A stretch of DNA of 64,000 nt from the human T2T-CHM13v2.0 reference genome, Homo sapiens (GCF_009914755.1 NC_060927.1); one strand, 5' to 3'; positions 25,222 through 44,548 are shown, counted from the first letter of the stretch. The notes: generated by a model not told the origin, from the sequence alone. Program-made: numbers and translations.

Positions 25222-25842
25222 TGCGTTAGTTATTTATTGTTGTGTAGTGAATTACTACAAACTTTGTAATGAATTACTACAAACTTAATCACTAAAAACA
25301 GTACCCACGTATTATCTCATAGTTCTGGTCATTAGAAGTTCAGGCTGGCTTGGTTGAGTTCTCTGCTTAGAGTCTCATAAAGCCCAACCTGGTTTCTGAA
25401 CTAAAGGCTTTGAGAAAAAAAAATGCTTCCAAGTTTATTCAAATTGTTCGAAGAAGCCTGCTGGTGGCAGTTATAGGACTGAAACCTCACTTTCTTGCTG
25501 GCCATTTGCTTGAAGTGACTCAGCTTTTAGAGATCACCTGCATTTCTCTTCATGTGGCCCCTTTCATCTGCACAGTCAGTAATGACATGCTGAAACTTTC
25601 TCATGCTTTCAGATATCTGTGACTTCCTCTTCTGCCACCAGCTCAGAAAACTCTCTAGTTTTCAAAGGCTCATCTCATTAAACCAGGCCCATTCAAATAA
25701 TCTCCATATCTTAAGGTTAACTGACTTGGACTTTAATTATATCTGCAAAATCCCTTCACGGTAGTACCAAGATTCATATTTGATTTTATAACCAGAGCAA
25801 AGACATCATAAGGAAGCTATATTTGGAATTCTGCTTGCCACA
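25222..25842 (-). mobile_element. MLT1E-like LTR
   Basis: tgcgttagtt...aaggttaactgac...ctgcaaaatcccttcac...gaattctgcttgccaca; TSD atggc / gtggc. Confidence 0.85.
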
Positions 25843-26191
25843 GTGGCTCTAGTTAGCTCCATCACTCATGCACCCAGACAGCTTTTTCAACCTTCGCAAT
25901 AACCCTATTCCACACATGCCCTTACTCATTGTTAAACTAAGTCTTCACCTATCCTTTTTCTGCATGGAGGAAAATAAAAACAATTAGGTGAGAAAATATC
26001 CGTTAAAATTCTGGGCCTATATCTGGTCCTGGAAAAAATTCATGAATTATTTCCTCAGCATTCAATATATCCTGACCCTCTAGCAACCAAAGTTTTAACC
26101 CTTTACTTTCTCAATGAGTTCTAACACCCTATCTGCTAAGCCGTCTCTCAGATAAATATCCTCTTTCTCATGCTGTTCCTTTCACTAGTGG

Positions 26192-27181
26192 TTTTTTTTT
26201 CTGTTTTTTAAATAATTTCAACTTTTGTTTTAAATTCAAATGGTACATTTGCAGGTTTGTTACCTGGGTATATTGCATGATACTGAGGTTTGGGGTACAG
26301 TTAATTCTGTCAACCAGGTAGTAAAACAGTACCCGACAGTTTTTCAGCCATTGCTCCCCTCCCTTTCTCCCCACTCTAGTAGTCTCCATTATCTATTTTT
26401 CTTATATTTATGTCCATGTGTACCCAATACTTAGCTCTCATTTATAAGTGAGAACATGCGGTGTTTGGTTTTCTGGTCCCGTGTTAATTTGCTTTGGATA
26501 AAGGCCTCTAGCTGCATACATGTTGCTGAAAATAACACAATTTCATTCTTTTTAAGTGGCTGTATAGAATTGCATGGTATATATGTACCATACTTTCTTA
26601 ATCCAATCCACCATTGATGGACATCTAGTTGATTCCATGTATTTGCTACTGTGGATAATTCTGCAATGAGCATACAAATGCATGTACTTTTTGGGTAGAA
26701 AGATTTATTTTCCTTTGGGTATATACCCAGTAATGGGATTGCTAGGCCAAATGGTAGTTGTGTTTTGAGTTCTTTGAGAAATCTCCAAACTGCCTGCCAA
26801 AGTGACTGAATTAATTTCCATTTCTGCCAAGAGTGTATAAGGATCTCTTTTTCAATGTAGCCTCACCAGCATCTGTTATTTTTTGACTTTTTAATAATAA
26901 CAACTCTGGTGTGAGATGGTACCTCATTGTGGTTTTGATTTGCATTTATTTGATGATTAGTAATGCTGAGCATTTTTCATGTTTGTTGGCTGCAGGTATG
27001 TCATCTTTTGAGAAGCATCTGTTCATATCCTTTGCCTACCTTTTAATGGGGTTGTGTTTTGCTTGTTGAATTGCTTAAGTTTTTTTATAGATTCAGGACA
27101 TTAGACCTTCATTAGATGTATAGTTTGAAGATATTTTCTGCCATTCTGTAGGCTGTTTACTCTGCTGATAGTTTCTTTTGG
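26192..27181 (-). mobile_element. 5'-truncated L1 (L1PA15/16 or L1PB-like), about 1 kb
   Basis: T-rich tail, then gcaggtttgttacctgggtatattgcatgatactgaggtttgggg; antisense ORF2 C-terminus (ORF 26431-26673). Confidence 0.9.
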
Positions 27182-28196
27182 AGTAGACAGACTGTGGCCC
27201 TGTCTTCACTGTTCCTCACCTGGCAGGGCCTGCCAGCTTCAGCCCTCAGCACTTTTTTCCTCGTTTCCTTTCAGCATATAAATATATACTAGTTACTGTA
27301 ATATTAAAAAAAAGATGAAAAAAACATTTTTATTCCTTCATCTTTCTCTATCTATTGCTTCTTTTCACTCTTTTTGGTTGATACTTGGATATTTTTGTCT
27401 ACATTCTCTGTATCAGTGTCTACAGTATTTCACAACTAAGTTATTACTGAATCTATTTTAATTTCATTGCTCTACAGATTATGTCTTCCCCCCAGGACAT
27501 TACTGAAACAGCTCTTTATAAGGCTACTAATGCCCTTTCAGTATTACATCTAATGGCTACTTTTCAATACTTTCCATAAAACTTTTTACGGCATTTGAAA
27601 ATATTGATTGTATTTTCTTTCTGAAGTGCTTTTTTCTCTAGTTTCCAAAATAGTTTGCTACTGACTTTTCACCTTCCACTCTGCAGAGGCATCAAGCAAA
27701 ACAAATAATGTAGGATGGGATACAATATGAGAAATTAGAGATAAATGTCTCCAAGTGAATGCACTCATAGAATTTCACTATTTTTGGTTTACCCTGATGT
27801 AAAATTTTGAATGCTTATAACATCAAAGATCAAATTAAACATATTTTACATTTAACAAAGCTAATTTCCTAAATTGTCATGTTTTTGTTTTATCAAATTT
27901 TAGACCTTATTTTTTCTATGGCTTCTAGATATTAAATCATGACAATGCTACAGTTTTGGGAATGTGATACCATGCAAAGCATATTATGTTTGGGTGACAG
28001 GGAGTGATTCCTAGGAACCTGTCTCCAAATCTTTGTTATTGTGTCTCTGATCATTCTTACTTGGTTTTTATTCACGGACTTTTAAGCCTTCTCTTCTTTT
28101 TAATGTTGTTCCTCACTGTGCTTTCTTGTGCAAGTCTTTTTACTTAACACAATTTTGTTAGATGATGTCATTCACTTCCCCGGTTTTAACTACCCA

Positions 28197-28567
28197 TTAT
28201 TGGTCAGCTCCAGCTTCCATAACACAATACCATAGATTGAGTGGCTTAAACAACAGATATTTACTTTTCACAGTTACAGAGGCTGGGCAGTCCAAGATCA
28301 AGAAATCAGCAGGGTTGGGTTCTGGTGAGGACTCTTCCTGGCTTGCAGACTGTTGACTTCTTGTGTCCTTAAGAACACAGACAGAGCAAGCTCTGTGGTG
28401 TCTCTTCTTATAAGGGCATTAATCCTATCATAAGGCCCCACCCTCAGGACCTCATCTAAACCTCATTACCTCCCAAAGGTTCCACCTCCAAATACTATTA
28501 CAATGGGGGCCAGGGCTTCAACATATAAATTTTGGCTAGGGATGGTACCAACATTTAGCTGATAATA
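28197..28567 (-). mobile_element. MLT1A-like LTR
   Basis: ccataacacaataccatagattgagtggcttaaacaacaga...tctcttcttataagggcattaatcc...gggcttcaacatat. Confidence 0.85.
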
Positions 28568-29564
28568 TACTTCTATATCATTTAAATTTCCAATATCTTT
28601 ATCTCTTTCCTTAGCTCAAATCTCCATAATTCATACTTATACTAGACACATTCATACAAAAACCCTATACATGACTCCAAATTCCACGTCCTTGAAATTG
28701 AGTATTATCTCCTGTTGATGCTGCGGCCTCTCTCAGTGAATGGCTTTGCTATCTATGTAGTTTTCAAAACCCGGAAGACATTCTTGCTCCTTCTTTGCCT
28801 CATCACCCACATCACATCATTTGCCAACTCCTATTATTCTTACCCTTAAATAGCACTCAGATTTTTCTCTTCTCTGTTTTCACTGCCCCTGAATTGATTT
28901 GGACCTTCACTATTTCTGGCCCTGATTACTATAACTTGTCATCACTGGTTCTATCTCCAGGGCTCTCTAATCAAGTCTCCTCTTGGCCCTTAAAAGGCTG
29001 TTTCTAAAATGCAATTCTTTTCCTGTTAATCATTTCATTAAAAATACTCAGTGTTTCTTCACTGGCTTTAAGAGTAAACCCTAAATGTGTAGCCAGCATC
29101 TGTAGGCCACCTTGATCTGGCCCTGGCTACCATCCAGTCTCATTCCTCACCAAATTCTTCCTCAGGAATATTCCCCACATAGTTTTAATGGCTTGAAACA
29201 GACATAGTCTCTCACACTTGTGCACTTTTTCACAGTGTTCCTTTGGAAGCTAAATTTTACCCTCTCTATAAGACACCACAGCATTTGATAGCATTTGAAG
29301 TCTACATCTTCAAGCATTTTCTTTCTTTACTTTTTGAGACACCACGCTTTATTTTCTTCTTGGTACCTAGCACGACTTAACTTTAGATGACATATTTATA
29401 GTTTTATTTGTTTATTGACGACCTCTACCACCATAATTTTTGATCCATGAAAGCAGGAACTTTGAGTTGTTCACCACTCTAAGCTTAGTGCCTAGTATAA
29501 CACCTATAACATAGGTGACATGCAACTATTTGTTGAATAAATTAATTGGTAACTTGGCAATAAA

Positions 29565-29770
29565 TTAGATGGCAACTTGGCTCTGCCACTTGAGAGCATG
29601 TGCTTTCGAATAAATTATTTGACAGCTTTGTGTTTAAGAACTTAATTATAAAATGGCATACAATAACTATTGCATCTACTTCATGGCACTGTTGTAAGTG
29701 GTGTATGAATTATGTGAGTTAATAAATATAAAGTGCACATATTAATGCTCAATAAAGGTTAGCAACCATG
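29565..29770 (+). mobile_element. MIR
   Basis: cttggctctgccactt...taaaatggcata..ataa...tgctcaataaaggttagc. Confidence 0.6.
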
Positions 29771-29964
29771 ACCTTTGCAATGTCTTCTGTGACTCTGTTC
29801 ACATCCTCCTACTTTTCTTTCCCCAGACATATAAGGCACATAGATAAGAATGCAAGGAGAAGGGGAATGAGTTGGATAAATCTGTGTATCTCTGGAAGCC
29901 ACCTCACATTGTTAAGCTGAGAACTGGAGAAGAGTTTCAGAACACTTCAGACACTCAACAGCTT

Positions 29965-30532
29965 CTAACTAGAAATAATACCGTTTGACCCAGTCATCCC
30001 ATTACTGGGTATATACCCAAAGGATTATAAATCATGCTGCTATAAAGACACATGCACACGTATGTTTATTGCGGCACTATTCACAATAGCAAAGACTTGG
30101 AGCCAGCCCAAATGTCCAACAATGATAGACTGGATTAAGAAAATGTGGCACATATACACCATGGAATACTATGCAGCCATAAAAAATGATAAGTTCACGC
30201 CCTTTGTAGGGACGTAGATGAAGCTGGAAACCCTCATTCTCAGCAAACTATCACAAGGACAGAAAACCAAACACCACATGTTCTCACTCATAGGTGGGAA
30301 ATGAACAATAAGAGCACATGGACACAGGAAGGGGAACATCACACACCAGGGACTGTTGTGGGGTGGGGGGAGGGGGGAGGGATAGCATTAGGAGATATAC
30401 CTCATGCTAAATGACGAGTTAATGGGTGCAGCACACTAACATGGCACATGTATACATATGTAACAAACCTGCACGTTGTGCACATGTACCCTAAAACTTA
30501 AAGTATAATAATAATAAAATAAAATAAAAAAA
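29965..30532 (+). mobile_element. Young 5'-truncated L1 (L1PA3/PA4-like), about 570 bp
   Basis: Near-consensus L1PA 3' end with CpGs retained (cacacgtatgtttattgcggcac, gctaaatgacgagttaatgg, accctaaaacttaaagtataat) and A-rich tail. Confidence 0.95.
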
Positions 30533-31389
30533 CAAATTATTGAATAGAGATTCAGAAACAGGGGTGACTGTGTACTTTGCTGTAACATCACTTAGCTGCA
30601 GTGCTTCATTTCTAGGTCAGCTCCATGCTCCTACCTATGCTCTCTCTAAGTGAAGTTGCTCCTTGTTGAAATAGCGAAGTGGATTCTGTTGTTGTTTGGC
30701 TCCCTTCTCTAACCTCCTTGCCTGTCCCCTATTCCTGCTGCCTTTGCCTAGGCACCTACCTTAAGTAGCATTCTCCAAGAATTATTCCTAGCCAGCTTCA
30801 CAGTTATAAAAAATCTGATAACTTAATTACAACTAAGATAAAATTTATACTGATAATGATTTAAGACTTTTTTGCTCCTGCAGACTTTTGTATTTGAATA
30901 CAGGAATTTTGAAGATCAAAAATCTTTCAAGAATCAAGGGACTCATAATGGAATATTATGCAACCTTTAAAATGATGTCAAATATGTAACGAGTGTTAAA
31001 AAATAAAATGGTTCATAGTGTATTGCTAAGGGGAAAAGGCAAGTTTCAAAAGAATAGATACAATATGATCCCCTGCACCTTTTCTTTCAATAAAGCATGT
31101 AAGTGTTTACCTGGAGTATCTAGGAATTGACTAGGTCTGATAAATGATATTCCCATCATTAAAGTCTTTCAATTCCAAAAATCTCATTTGAACAAGAAAT
31201 TTCTAGCACAAAAGTAAACGTGCATATATGATAGGAAAACTTTTTAAAAAATGAGAATCAAATGAAGAATGTATTAAATAACTATCTCAGTTTGTATTAG
31301 TCAGAAACATCTGGTTGTAATTGAATATTTCATTTGATGATGTAAACTCAAAGTGTCCATATTTTGAAAAGGATAAAATTACCAAGGGT

Positions 31390-31680
31390 CAATAAAATTA
31401 ATAGAAAAACACCTTAATAAACAGAGCAAGTAAATGGAAAGATTGATATGGAAAACAATGTCAATACTCTCATAATTAATCTATAAGGTCAATATGCTTA
31501 CAATCAGTATCACAACTAGATTGTTCCTTCACAAAGTATGACAAACTATGTTCGAATTCATACTGAAAAGTAGATATCCAAAATAGTTAATACAATTCTG
31601 AATAATACAGAAGGGGAGTTTACCTTATTATATTTCAAAAATTATTATTAAATTAAATAAATAGACAAACATAACCATTT
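31390..31680 (+). mobile_element. Ancient L1 (L1ME-like) ORF2 fragment
   Basis: taaatggaaaga...atgtcaatactctc..aattaatctataag.tcaat...tgacaaact...aattcata resemble degenerate ORF2. Confidence 0.5.
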
Positions 31681-32644
31681 CATTTCATTTTTAAAAACAA
31701 ATAATACTAAAATAAATAGTTATATTTCCAGTGGTGAAATTTCAGGATAATTAACACATAAAGAGGCAGGTCTCTTCATACCCCCTGTTATTGCACATTA
31801 TAACCAAAGCATAATTTGTTTTATTCCAAATGGCTGAACTGTCAAACATATTGTTGAATTTTACATATTTGGTTTGGAGACCTGTTGCTATCCTTGTCTA
31901 TATCTTCTAATAACTTGTCAGTGATTTGGGAATATGAGAAATTTACTTGATGAGTGTACAATCCAAATGTATTAACAACAAAAAATTTGATTTACTCATT
32001 TTAAAGAAATCATAAGAAACTAGTGTTTAAGAATACACAGCTTTTACTATCTCTTCCTTATTTTGCAAATATGATACATATGTTGAATAGTCTACCTGCT
32101 TTTTGGCCAATGACATTTGGTTAATATAACCCTTTTGTTAAGGTAATCTGTCAAAATGCCGGAAAATATCTCCTCCTCTCAACTTCCTCCTCAACTGGCT
32201 GCAGTTTTACTACTTGTACCTGAATCTCATTGTCACCTTCAATTATAAGCAAGGGGAAGTCTGGATGCAAAAGAGAAAGGAGAAAGTAGGGGAGATCAGC
32301 ATCTCAGTATCTTACCAGTATTCATCTATTTATCCACCACTTTGCATGACACAGGATTCCTGGGCAGCAGCTGAAGCTCACTGATTCTATTATCCCATTT
32401 TCTCACCACCTTCACTCTAACTTGTTTTCCTCAAGAAAATGTCCCAAGGTATTTTTTTCTCTGAGTAGATAAATTTAGTTTTCTTTTTTTTTTTTTTTGG
32501 CATACTTTTAGGTATATGATCTAAATGAAAAATATAGAGAAGAAAATTAGATTAAGATAGATTTGTTTGTAAAATTAGTTTTATCAAATTTTGTTTGCAA
32601 GAATAGTGATTTGTCTACATAGCTATCTCATTAAAAAATACTAT

Positions 32645-33011
32645 TGCATCAGTCCATTTTTACACTGCTATAAAGAATACTTGAGACTGGATAATTTTAT
32701 AAAGAAAGGAGGTTAAATTGACTCACAGTTCTGCATGGCTGGGGAGGCCTCAGGAAAATTACAATCATGGCAGAAGGCAAAGGGGAAGCAAGGCACATTT
32801 CACATGGTGGCAGGAGGCAGGAGAGAGAGCGAGAAGGTGGGAACTGTGAAACTTTCAAACCATCAGATCTCATGAGAACTCACTATTATGAGAACAGCAT
32901 GGGGAAAGCACCCCCACGATCCAGTCACCTTCCACCAGGTCCCTCCCTCTACACATGGGGATTAGAATTTGAGATGAGATCTGAGTGGGGACACAGAGCC
33001 AAACCATATCA
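32645..33011 (-). mobile_element. THE1 (THE1D-like) solo LTR
   Basis: tgcatcagtccattttt ... ggggacacagagccaaaccatatca; flanks actat / cctct (degenerate TSD). Confidence 0.92.
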
Positions 33012-33489
33012 CCTCTTAAGGCTATGAAGCCGGATCAAGGCCGACTTTAGATTTTACCTACATTCTTAAGGTTCCTGGGCCTGCCAGGAAGTGACAATTT
33101 TTACTCATTCACTGTAAATCTGGGAATTGTTAAAACCAAGTATTCTATGCATATTCTCAAATATGATATTTCAGTAAGAGCCTTGGTAATATAACTAATG
33201 GTTTAAATTGTGTCTTGTTGTAAAGAGAGAGCATTTTTTTATTTGAACTTATGTAAATAACCATAATGCCACAATAATATTCATGAATTATTTGTGAATT
33301 TTGAAAGAAGTAGATAGAAAGTGCAACTGTCCTCAACTTTGTTCACAAAAACATACTTTATTAAATTGCTGTAAACTATAGATAGCTTAAGAGAAAAAGT
33401 TTCCTTAAACCTGGAAAACAAAAAAAAATTAAGAAAGGAACCAACACTCTTTCAAATAAAAGACATAAAAACATTATCATCAGCTATTT

Positions 33490-33744
33490 TTGAGACAGGG
33501 TCTCACTTTGTTGCCTAGTCTGGAGTGCAGTAGCACAGTCATAGCTTACTGCAGCAGCTTTGAACTCCTGGGCTCCAGGGTTCCTCCCACCTCAGCCTCT
33601 TGAGCAGGTAGGACCAGAGGTATACACCACACCTCACTAAATTTTTTTGTTTTTTGTAGAGATGGGGTCTTGCTATGTTGCCCATGTTGGTATAAAACTC
33701 CTGGCCTCAAGTTATCCTCCTACTTAACCTCCCAAAGCACTGGG
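33490..33744 (-). mobile_element. AluJ, slightly 5'-truncated, short tail
   Basis: gagacagggtctcact..., catagcttactgcagc, ggtcttgctatgttgccc (J-type); TSD tcatcag(c/t)tattt at 33477 and 33745. Confidence 0.9.
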
Positions 33745-33759
33745 TCATCAGTTATTTAA

Positions 33760-34069
<310 letters not shown>

Positions 34070-34639
34070 TAAGGTAAATAATTTTATTTTTGCTTGATCT
34101 TGATTAGGATTTTCATGAACCCATCCGTTTGTTGATTAAAATTTTGGAAATTTTTGATTTAGCCCATTTAAAGTAATTAGAAACCTGTTCTTAAGAGTAT
34201 TTTAGTTACAGCCTTTCCATGAATCCGATTGCAGATACTTTCATAGAAGAATTCTAAACAGTAACTGTGGATGACAGAGACTTAGAACTAAGTCATAGTT
34301 AAAAATCTGATGGAGGTTCATTATAATAAGAAATTTACAAGGGAATTTAGTTATTTTTGTGGTATACAACATAATATCCAGAACTACGAGTGATGACAGA
34401 TTTCTAAGACTTCTAAATAATTTTGGAACATTCACATTAATAACATATGCATAAATGTAATTGAAAGATCTAACATCACTTATCATTTGACAATGATTTC
34501 TATACAATTTACCAAATAAACCTAATTATTTAATATATCTACAAAGTAAGACATACAACTTTTGAGGTTCCTAATGGGTCTAAATGAAAAAAACCTGAAG
34601 TTATTTATAGGTCATAAAGACTTAACTAATTAATTAATT

Positions 34640-38291
<3,652 letters not shown>

Positions 38292-40863
38292 ACTTAGATC
38301 ACTTAAACTAAAAGGCATTTAGGTTAATTACCATATATTTTATATTCCTGTTCATTTAAGCCAGTCTGAATAAAATTCCTTAAGAGACCTCTGGCTGACT
38401 ATGTCAGATTTTATCATGTAGACACAACATATAAGTTAATATATGTACTTATGCATAAACATGCTTAAACACATACATATACACACACAAACAAATATTT
38501 TATAGCTTTCATTTTAGAAGTTTAGTCTTGAGAGAGTAATGCAGACTCACTGGTTTACAAAAGACAGCTGGATTCAAATTGTACTTCTGACAAAATGGGA
38601 CCTGTTAACAGGGCTAAATCTTACTTGCCTCATAGGTGATCTAATGAAGACTGTTGACCAACATTTTGGATAAAGTAGTTTGGTTTAATTTTTTTTAGCA
38701 TATTTTTTCCTTTTTCTAGTTTCAAATGAGTTTATGGTTAAATTTTTAATGTTTCCATTTTAGCTAGAAGTGAATGAATTGTATAATAAAAATGAATTCT
38801 TCAAATGGCCTTGAATTAGTAATGAACCTACCTTTTGTTTGCTGCTCTGGTTTATTTGACTAGTCAATGTGGATGAAAAAAAATTAGCCGTTTGTGTTTT
38901 TGCTGTTTTGTTTTGTTTCTTGCTTTTTCTGGCCCTTGCATAGAAGACAAAGCAATTTTTATGCCCATCAGAGATATCTTATATTACAGCATTGAGTTCA
39001 AGATTTTGATCTGAGAACCTAGCTTTTATAAAACTTTACCTAGGTCTTTTTCTTATAGACTATTAAACCTTTAATTAACTGTTCCATCACCCTAAGCATT
39101 TATTAGTCAGGCAAACCTAAATTTACATTTCCAAAAAGTATTTAGGTTGTTGGTTGCCATGGAGCTGTTGTAAACTGCAAAGCAATTAATTTCAAAGCCC
39201 TTTAAGAATTTAAAAGAAAATCTTGGCTGGAACGCCATAAGCAGTGAGTTTTCTCAACACCTGCAGAAGAGTCAGCTGGTTCAAAATAGGTATAAAAACA
39301 GAGATAGCTAAACAGAAAACTTAGAAAGCTTTACATGTTAACTCTATAGTTGCAGGGCTTTTTTTAAGAGAGTTCAAATAATGACAATTTGAGCTCTCAA
39401 TTTTCCTTGACATAATTTTCTTATCAGTTAAAATCTCTTTCTCATGTGCATGAGGAAGAGAATCAGATGGCCAACAGGAGCCATGACTAGATTGCAGCAC
39501 CCGACAGAGCAGCTTGCGGAAGCTCGCATTGTGATTTTTAGCTCCAGATTGACTGCAAGAACAAACCAGCAATTCCAGGAGGACCTACAGACCCTCTGAA
39601 GGAAGCAAACTGCTCCTGCAGGACTGGGAGACACCCTAAATACTGTGAGTGCCCCAACTGCAGAAGTAGAAAAGGGAGACTCCCCTCTCCTGCACACACA
39701 CCTCCACTGGAGAAGCTGAAGGTCTGTTTGTGGGGGAAGTTTCTGACCTTACCTGGAGTTGAGCCAATTTAGTGAGCCAAGTGAAATACAGGGGTAGAGG
39801 AAGCAGCAGAAAGGCTCTGGGAGCTCACTGCAGCCCCTAGCAGGCCATTCCTGCCTGGCACCACAGGAATCCATCAGGTGGGTGATCAGAGAGTCAGAGG
39901 GTATAACTCCACAAGGAGAAGGAAATGTCTAGCTGAATTTTGTAACAATTTGAACAGGGCAAGAAGCCTCCTAGCCAGAACTCAGGGGAAGGCGTAAAAT
40001 CTGGTGTGCAGAATCCACAGGCAGCGGAAGGACCAAGCCCTTTTCTCTCTAAGCTGGGAGGTGGGTAACCCAGGGCAAATTTTCAGTCTCATCACGCCCT
40101 CCATCTGGAAACAGATTCAGAGCTGTTGGGGAGAGCACGGTTGGAGTGAGAACAGCCCTTCGTTTTGGGTGACAGCTGAGTGAGGTCTGTGACAGCTACC
40201 TTTCCCCCACTTCCAAGACAACCTGCATGAATCAGCAGACACAGCCATAATCCTATTAGGTACACAGCTCCAGTGACTGAGAATTTCACCCCCATTCCCC
40301 GCAGCAGCTGTAGCAAGACCTGCCCAAGGAGAGTCTGAGCTCAAACACGTCTAGTCCCACCTCCACTTGGTGGTCCTTCCCTATCCACCCTGGTAGTGGA
40401 AGACAAAGGACATATAATCTTGGAAGTTCTAGGGCCATGCCTGCTGCTAGTGCCTCTCTATACTACTGTAGCTGATGCTTTCTGGAAATTGCCTCCTAGG
40501 AGGAGGTCAACCAGCACAAAAATAGAGCATTAAAACACCAAAGCTGAGAACCTTCACAAAGTCCATTGCACCCCCCTGCCACCTTCACTGGAACAGGCAC
40601 TGGTATCCCTGGCTGAGAGACCCATACGCAGTTCACATCACAGGACTCTGTGCAGACAACCCCCAGTTCCAGCCTGGAGCCAGGTAGACTCACTGGGTGG
40701 CTAGACCCAGAAGAGAGACAACAATCACTGCAGTTTGACTTACAGGAAACCACATCCATAGGAAAAGGGGAGGGGTACTACATCAAGCAAACACCCCATG
40801 AGACAAGAGAATCTGAACAACAGCCTTCAGCTGTAGACCTTCTGTCTGACAGAGCCTACCCAA

Positions 40864-42117
<1,254 letters not shown>

Positions 42118-44548
42118 ACAAATCCTGGAAACACATCAAAACAAAACCTCTTTAAAGTATAAATCACATAGGACCTATAAAATTAAAATACATGTTCAAA
42201 AGCAAAAACAAAAAATAAACAAACAAAAAAGACGCAGACAACAAAAAGTATGATGAATGCAACAATACCTCACACTTCAATACTATTGAATATAAATGGT
42301 TAAAATGCTCCATTTAAAAGATATAGAACTGCAGAATGGATAAGAACTCACCGACCATCTGCTGCTCTCAGGACACTCACCTAACACATAAGGACTCACA
42401 TAAACTTAAGATAAAGGGATGGAAAAGGGCATTTCATGCAAATAGACACCAAAAGCAAGCAGGGGTAGCTGTTCTTATATCAGACAAAACAAATTTTAAA
42501 GCAACAGCAGTTAAAAGAGACAAAGAGGCACATTATATAACAGTAAAAGGCATTGTCCAACAGGAAAATATCACAATCCTAAACATATGTGCACCTAACA
42601 CTGGAGCTCCCAAATTTATAAAACAATTGCTAATAGACCTAAGAAATGACATAGACAGCAACACAATAATAGCGGGGGACTTCAATACTCCACTGACAGC
42701 ACAAGACAGGCCATCAAGATAGAAAGTCAACAAAGAAACAATGGATTTAAACTATACCTTGGAACAAATAGCCTTAACAGATATATACAGAGCATTTCAT
42801 CCAATAACCACAGAACACACATTCTATTCAACAGCGCATGGAACTTTCTCCAAGATAGACCATATGATAGGCCATAAAACGAGCCTCAATAAATTTAAGA
42901 AAATTGAAATTATAACAAGCACTCTCTCAGACCATAGTGGAATAAAACTGGAAATCAACTCCAAAAGAAACCTTCAAAAGCATGCAAAAACATGGAAATT
43001 AAATAACCTGTTCCTGAATGAGCAATGGGTCAAAAACAAAATCAGGATGGAAATTTAGTAATCATTCCAACAGAATGACAATAATGACACAACCTATGAA
43101 GACCTCTGGGATACAACAAAGGTGGTGCAAAGAGGAAAGTTCATAGCCCTGCGCACCTGTATCAAAAAGTCTGAAATTGCACAAACTGACATCCTAAGGT
43201 CACATCTCAAGGAACTAGATAAACAAGAACAAACCAAACGCAAACCCAACAGAAGAAAGGAAATTACCAAGATCAGAGCAGAACTAAATGAAGTAGAAAC
43301 AAATAAACAGAAAGTAATACAAAAGAGAAATGAAACAAAAAGCTGGTTATTTGAAAAGATAAATAAAATTGATAGACCGTTAGGAAGATTAACCAAGAAA
43401 AGAAGAGAGAAAATCCAAATAATCTCACTAAGAAACAAAACAGGAAATATTACAACTGACACCACTGAAATACAAAAGATCATTCACAGTTACTATGAAC
43501 ACCTTTATGCACATATACTAGAAAACCTAGAAGAGATGCATAAATTCCCAGAAAACTGCAACCCTCCTAGCTTATGTCAGGAAGATTAGATATCCTGAAC
43601 AGACCAATAACAAGCAGCGAGATTGAAATGGTAGTTAAAAAATTACGAACATAAGAAAGTTTAAGACCACAGATGGATTCATAGCAGAATTCTACCAGAC
43701 ATTCAAAGAAGAATTGGTACCAGTCTTTTTGACACTCTTCCACATGATAAAGAAAGAAGCAACCCTCCCCAATTCATTTTATGAAGCCAGCATCACCCTA
43801 ATATCAAAACGAGGAAAGAACATAACAAAAAAATAAAACTACAGACTGATATCCTTGATGAACATTGATGCTAAAGTCCTTAACAAAATACTACCTAACC
43901 AAATCCAACAACATGTCAAAAAGATAATCCACCATGATCAAGTGGGTTTCATACCACGGATGCAGGGATCCAGGAATGGTTTAACATAAGCAAGTCAATA
44001 AATGTGACACACCACATAAACAGAATTAAAAACAAAAATGACATGATCATCTCAATAGATGCAGAAAAACCATTCAACAAAATCCAGCATCCCTTTACGA
44101 TTAAAACTCCCAGCAAAATCGGCATTCAAGGGACATACCTTAATGTCATAAAAGCCATCTATGACAAACTCACAGCCAAGATAATACTGAATGGGGAAAA
44201 GTTGAAAGCCTTCTTTCTGAGAACCAGAACAAGACAAGGATGCCCACTATCACCACTCCTCTTCACCATAGTACGAGAAGTCCTAGCCAGAGCAACCAGA
44301 CAAGAGAAATAAGTAAAAGGCATCCAAATCAGTAAGGAGGAAGTCAAACTGTCACTGCTTGCTGACGATATGATTGTTTACCTTGAAAACCCTAAGTACC
44401 TCTCTAGAAAGCTCCTAGAACTGATAAAAGAATTCAGCAAAGTTTCCATATACAAGATTAATGTACATAAATCAGTAGCTCTTCTATACACCAACAGTTA
44501 CCAAGTGGAGAATCAAATCAAGAACTCAATTCCTTTTACAATAGCTGC

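Larger units (their letters stand above)
24385..29545 (+). mobile_element. Long fragmented L2 relic from the endonuclease region to the 3' tail, interrupted by MLT1E, L1 and MLT1A
   Basis: 24421 translates FLVLNETQVSFEDD (L2 APE-endonuclease LALTETWL-type motif); pyrimidine-rich L2 ORF2-like segments between the inserts; tail gtgcctag...tatttgttgaataaatt near 29490-29545. May comprise more than one copy. Confidence 0.65.

Noticed and set aside
30360-30381. G-quadruplex-forming G-tract
   Set aside because: A standard feature of the L1PA 3'UTR, not specific to this locus.
32640-33016. THE1 LTR flanks differ (actat / cctct), suggesting an LTR-LTR recombination deletion
   Set aside because: Three of five positions match and ERV-like sequence seems to continue on both sides, so a decayed TSD is a sufficient explanation.
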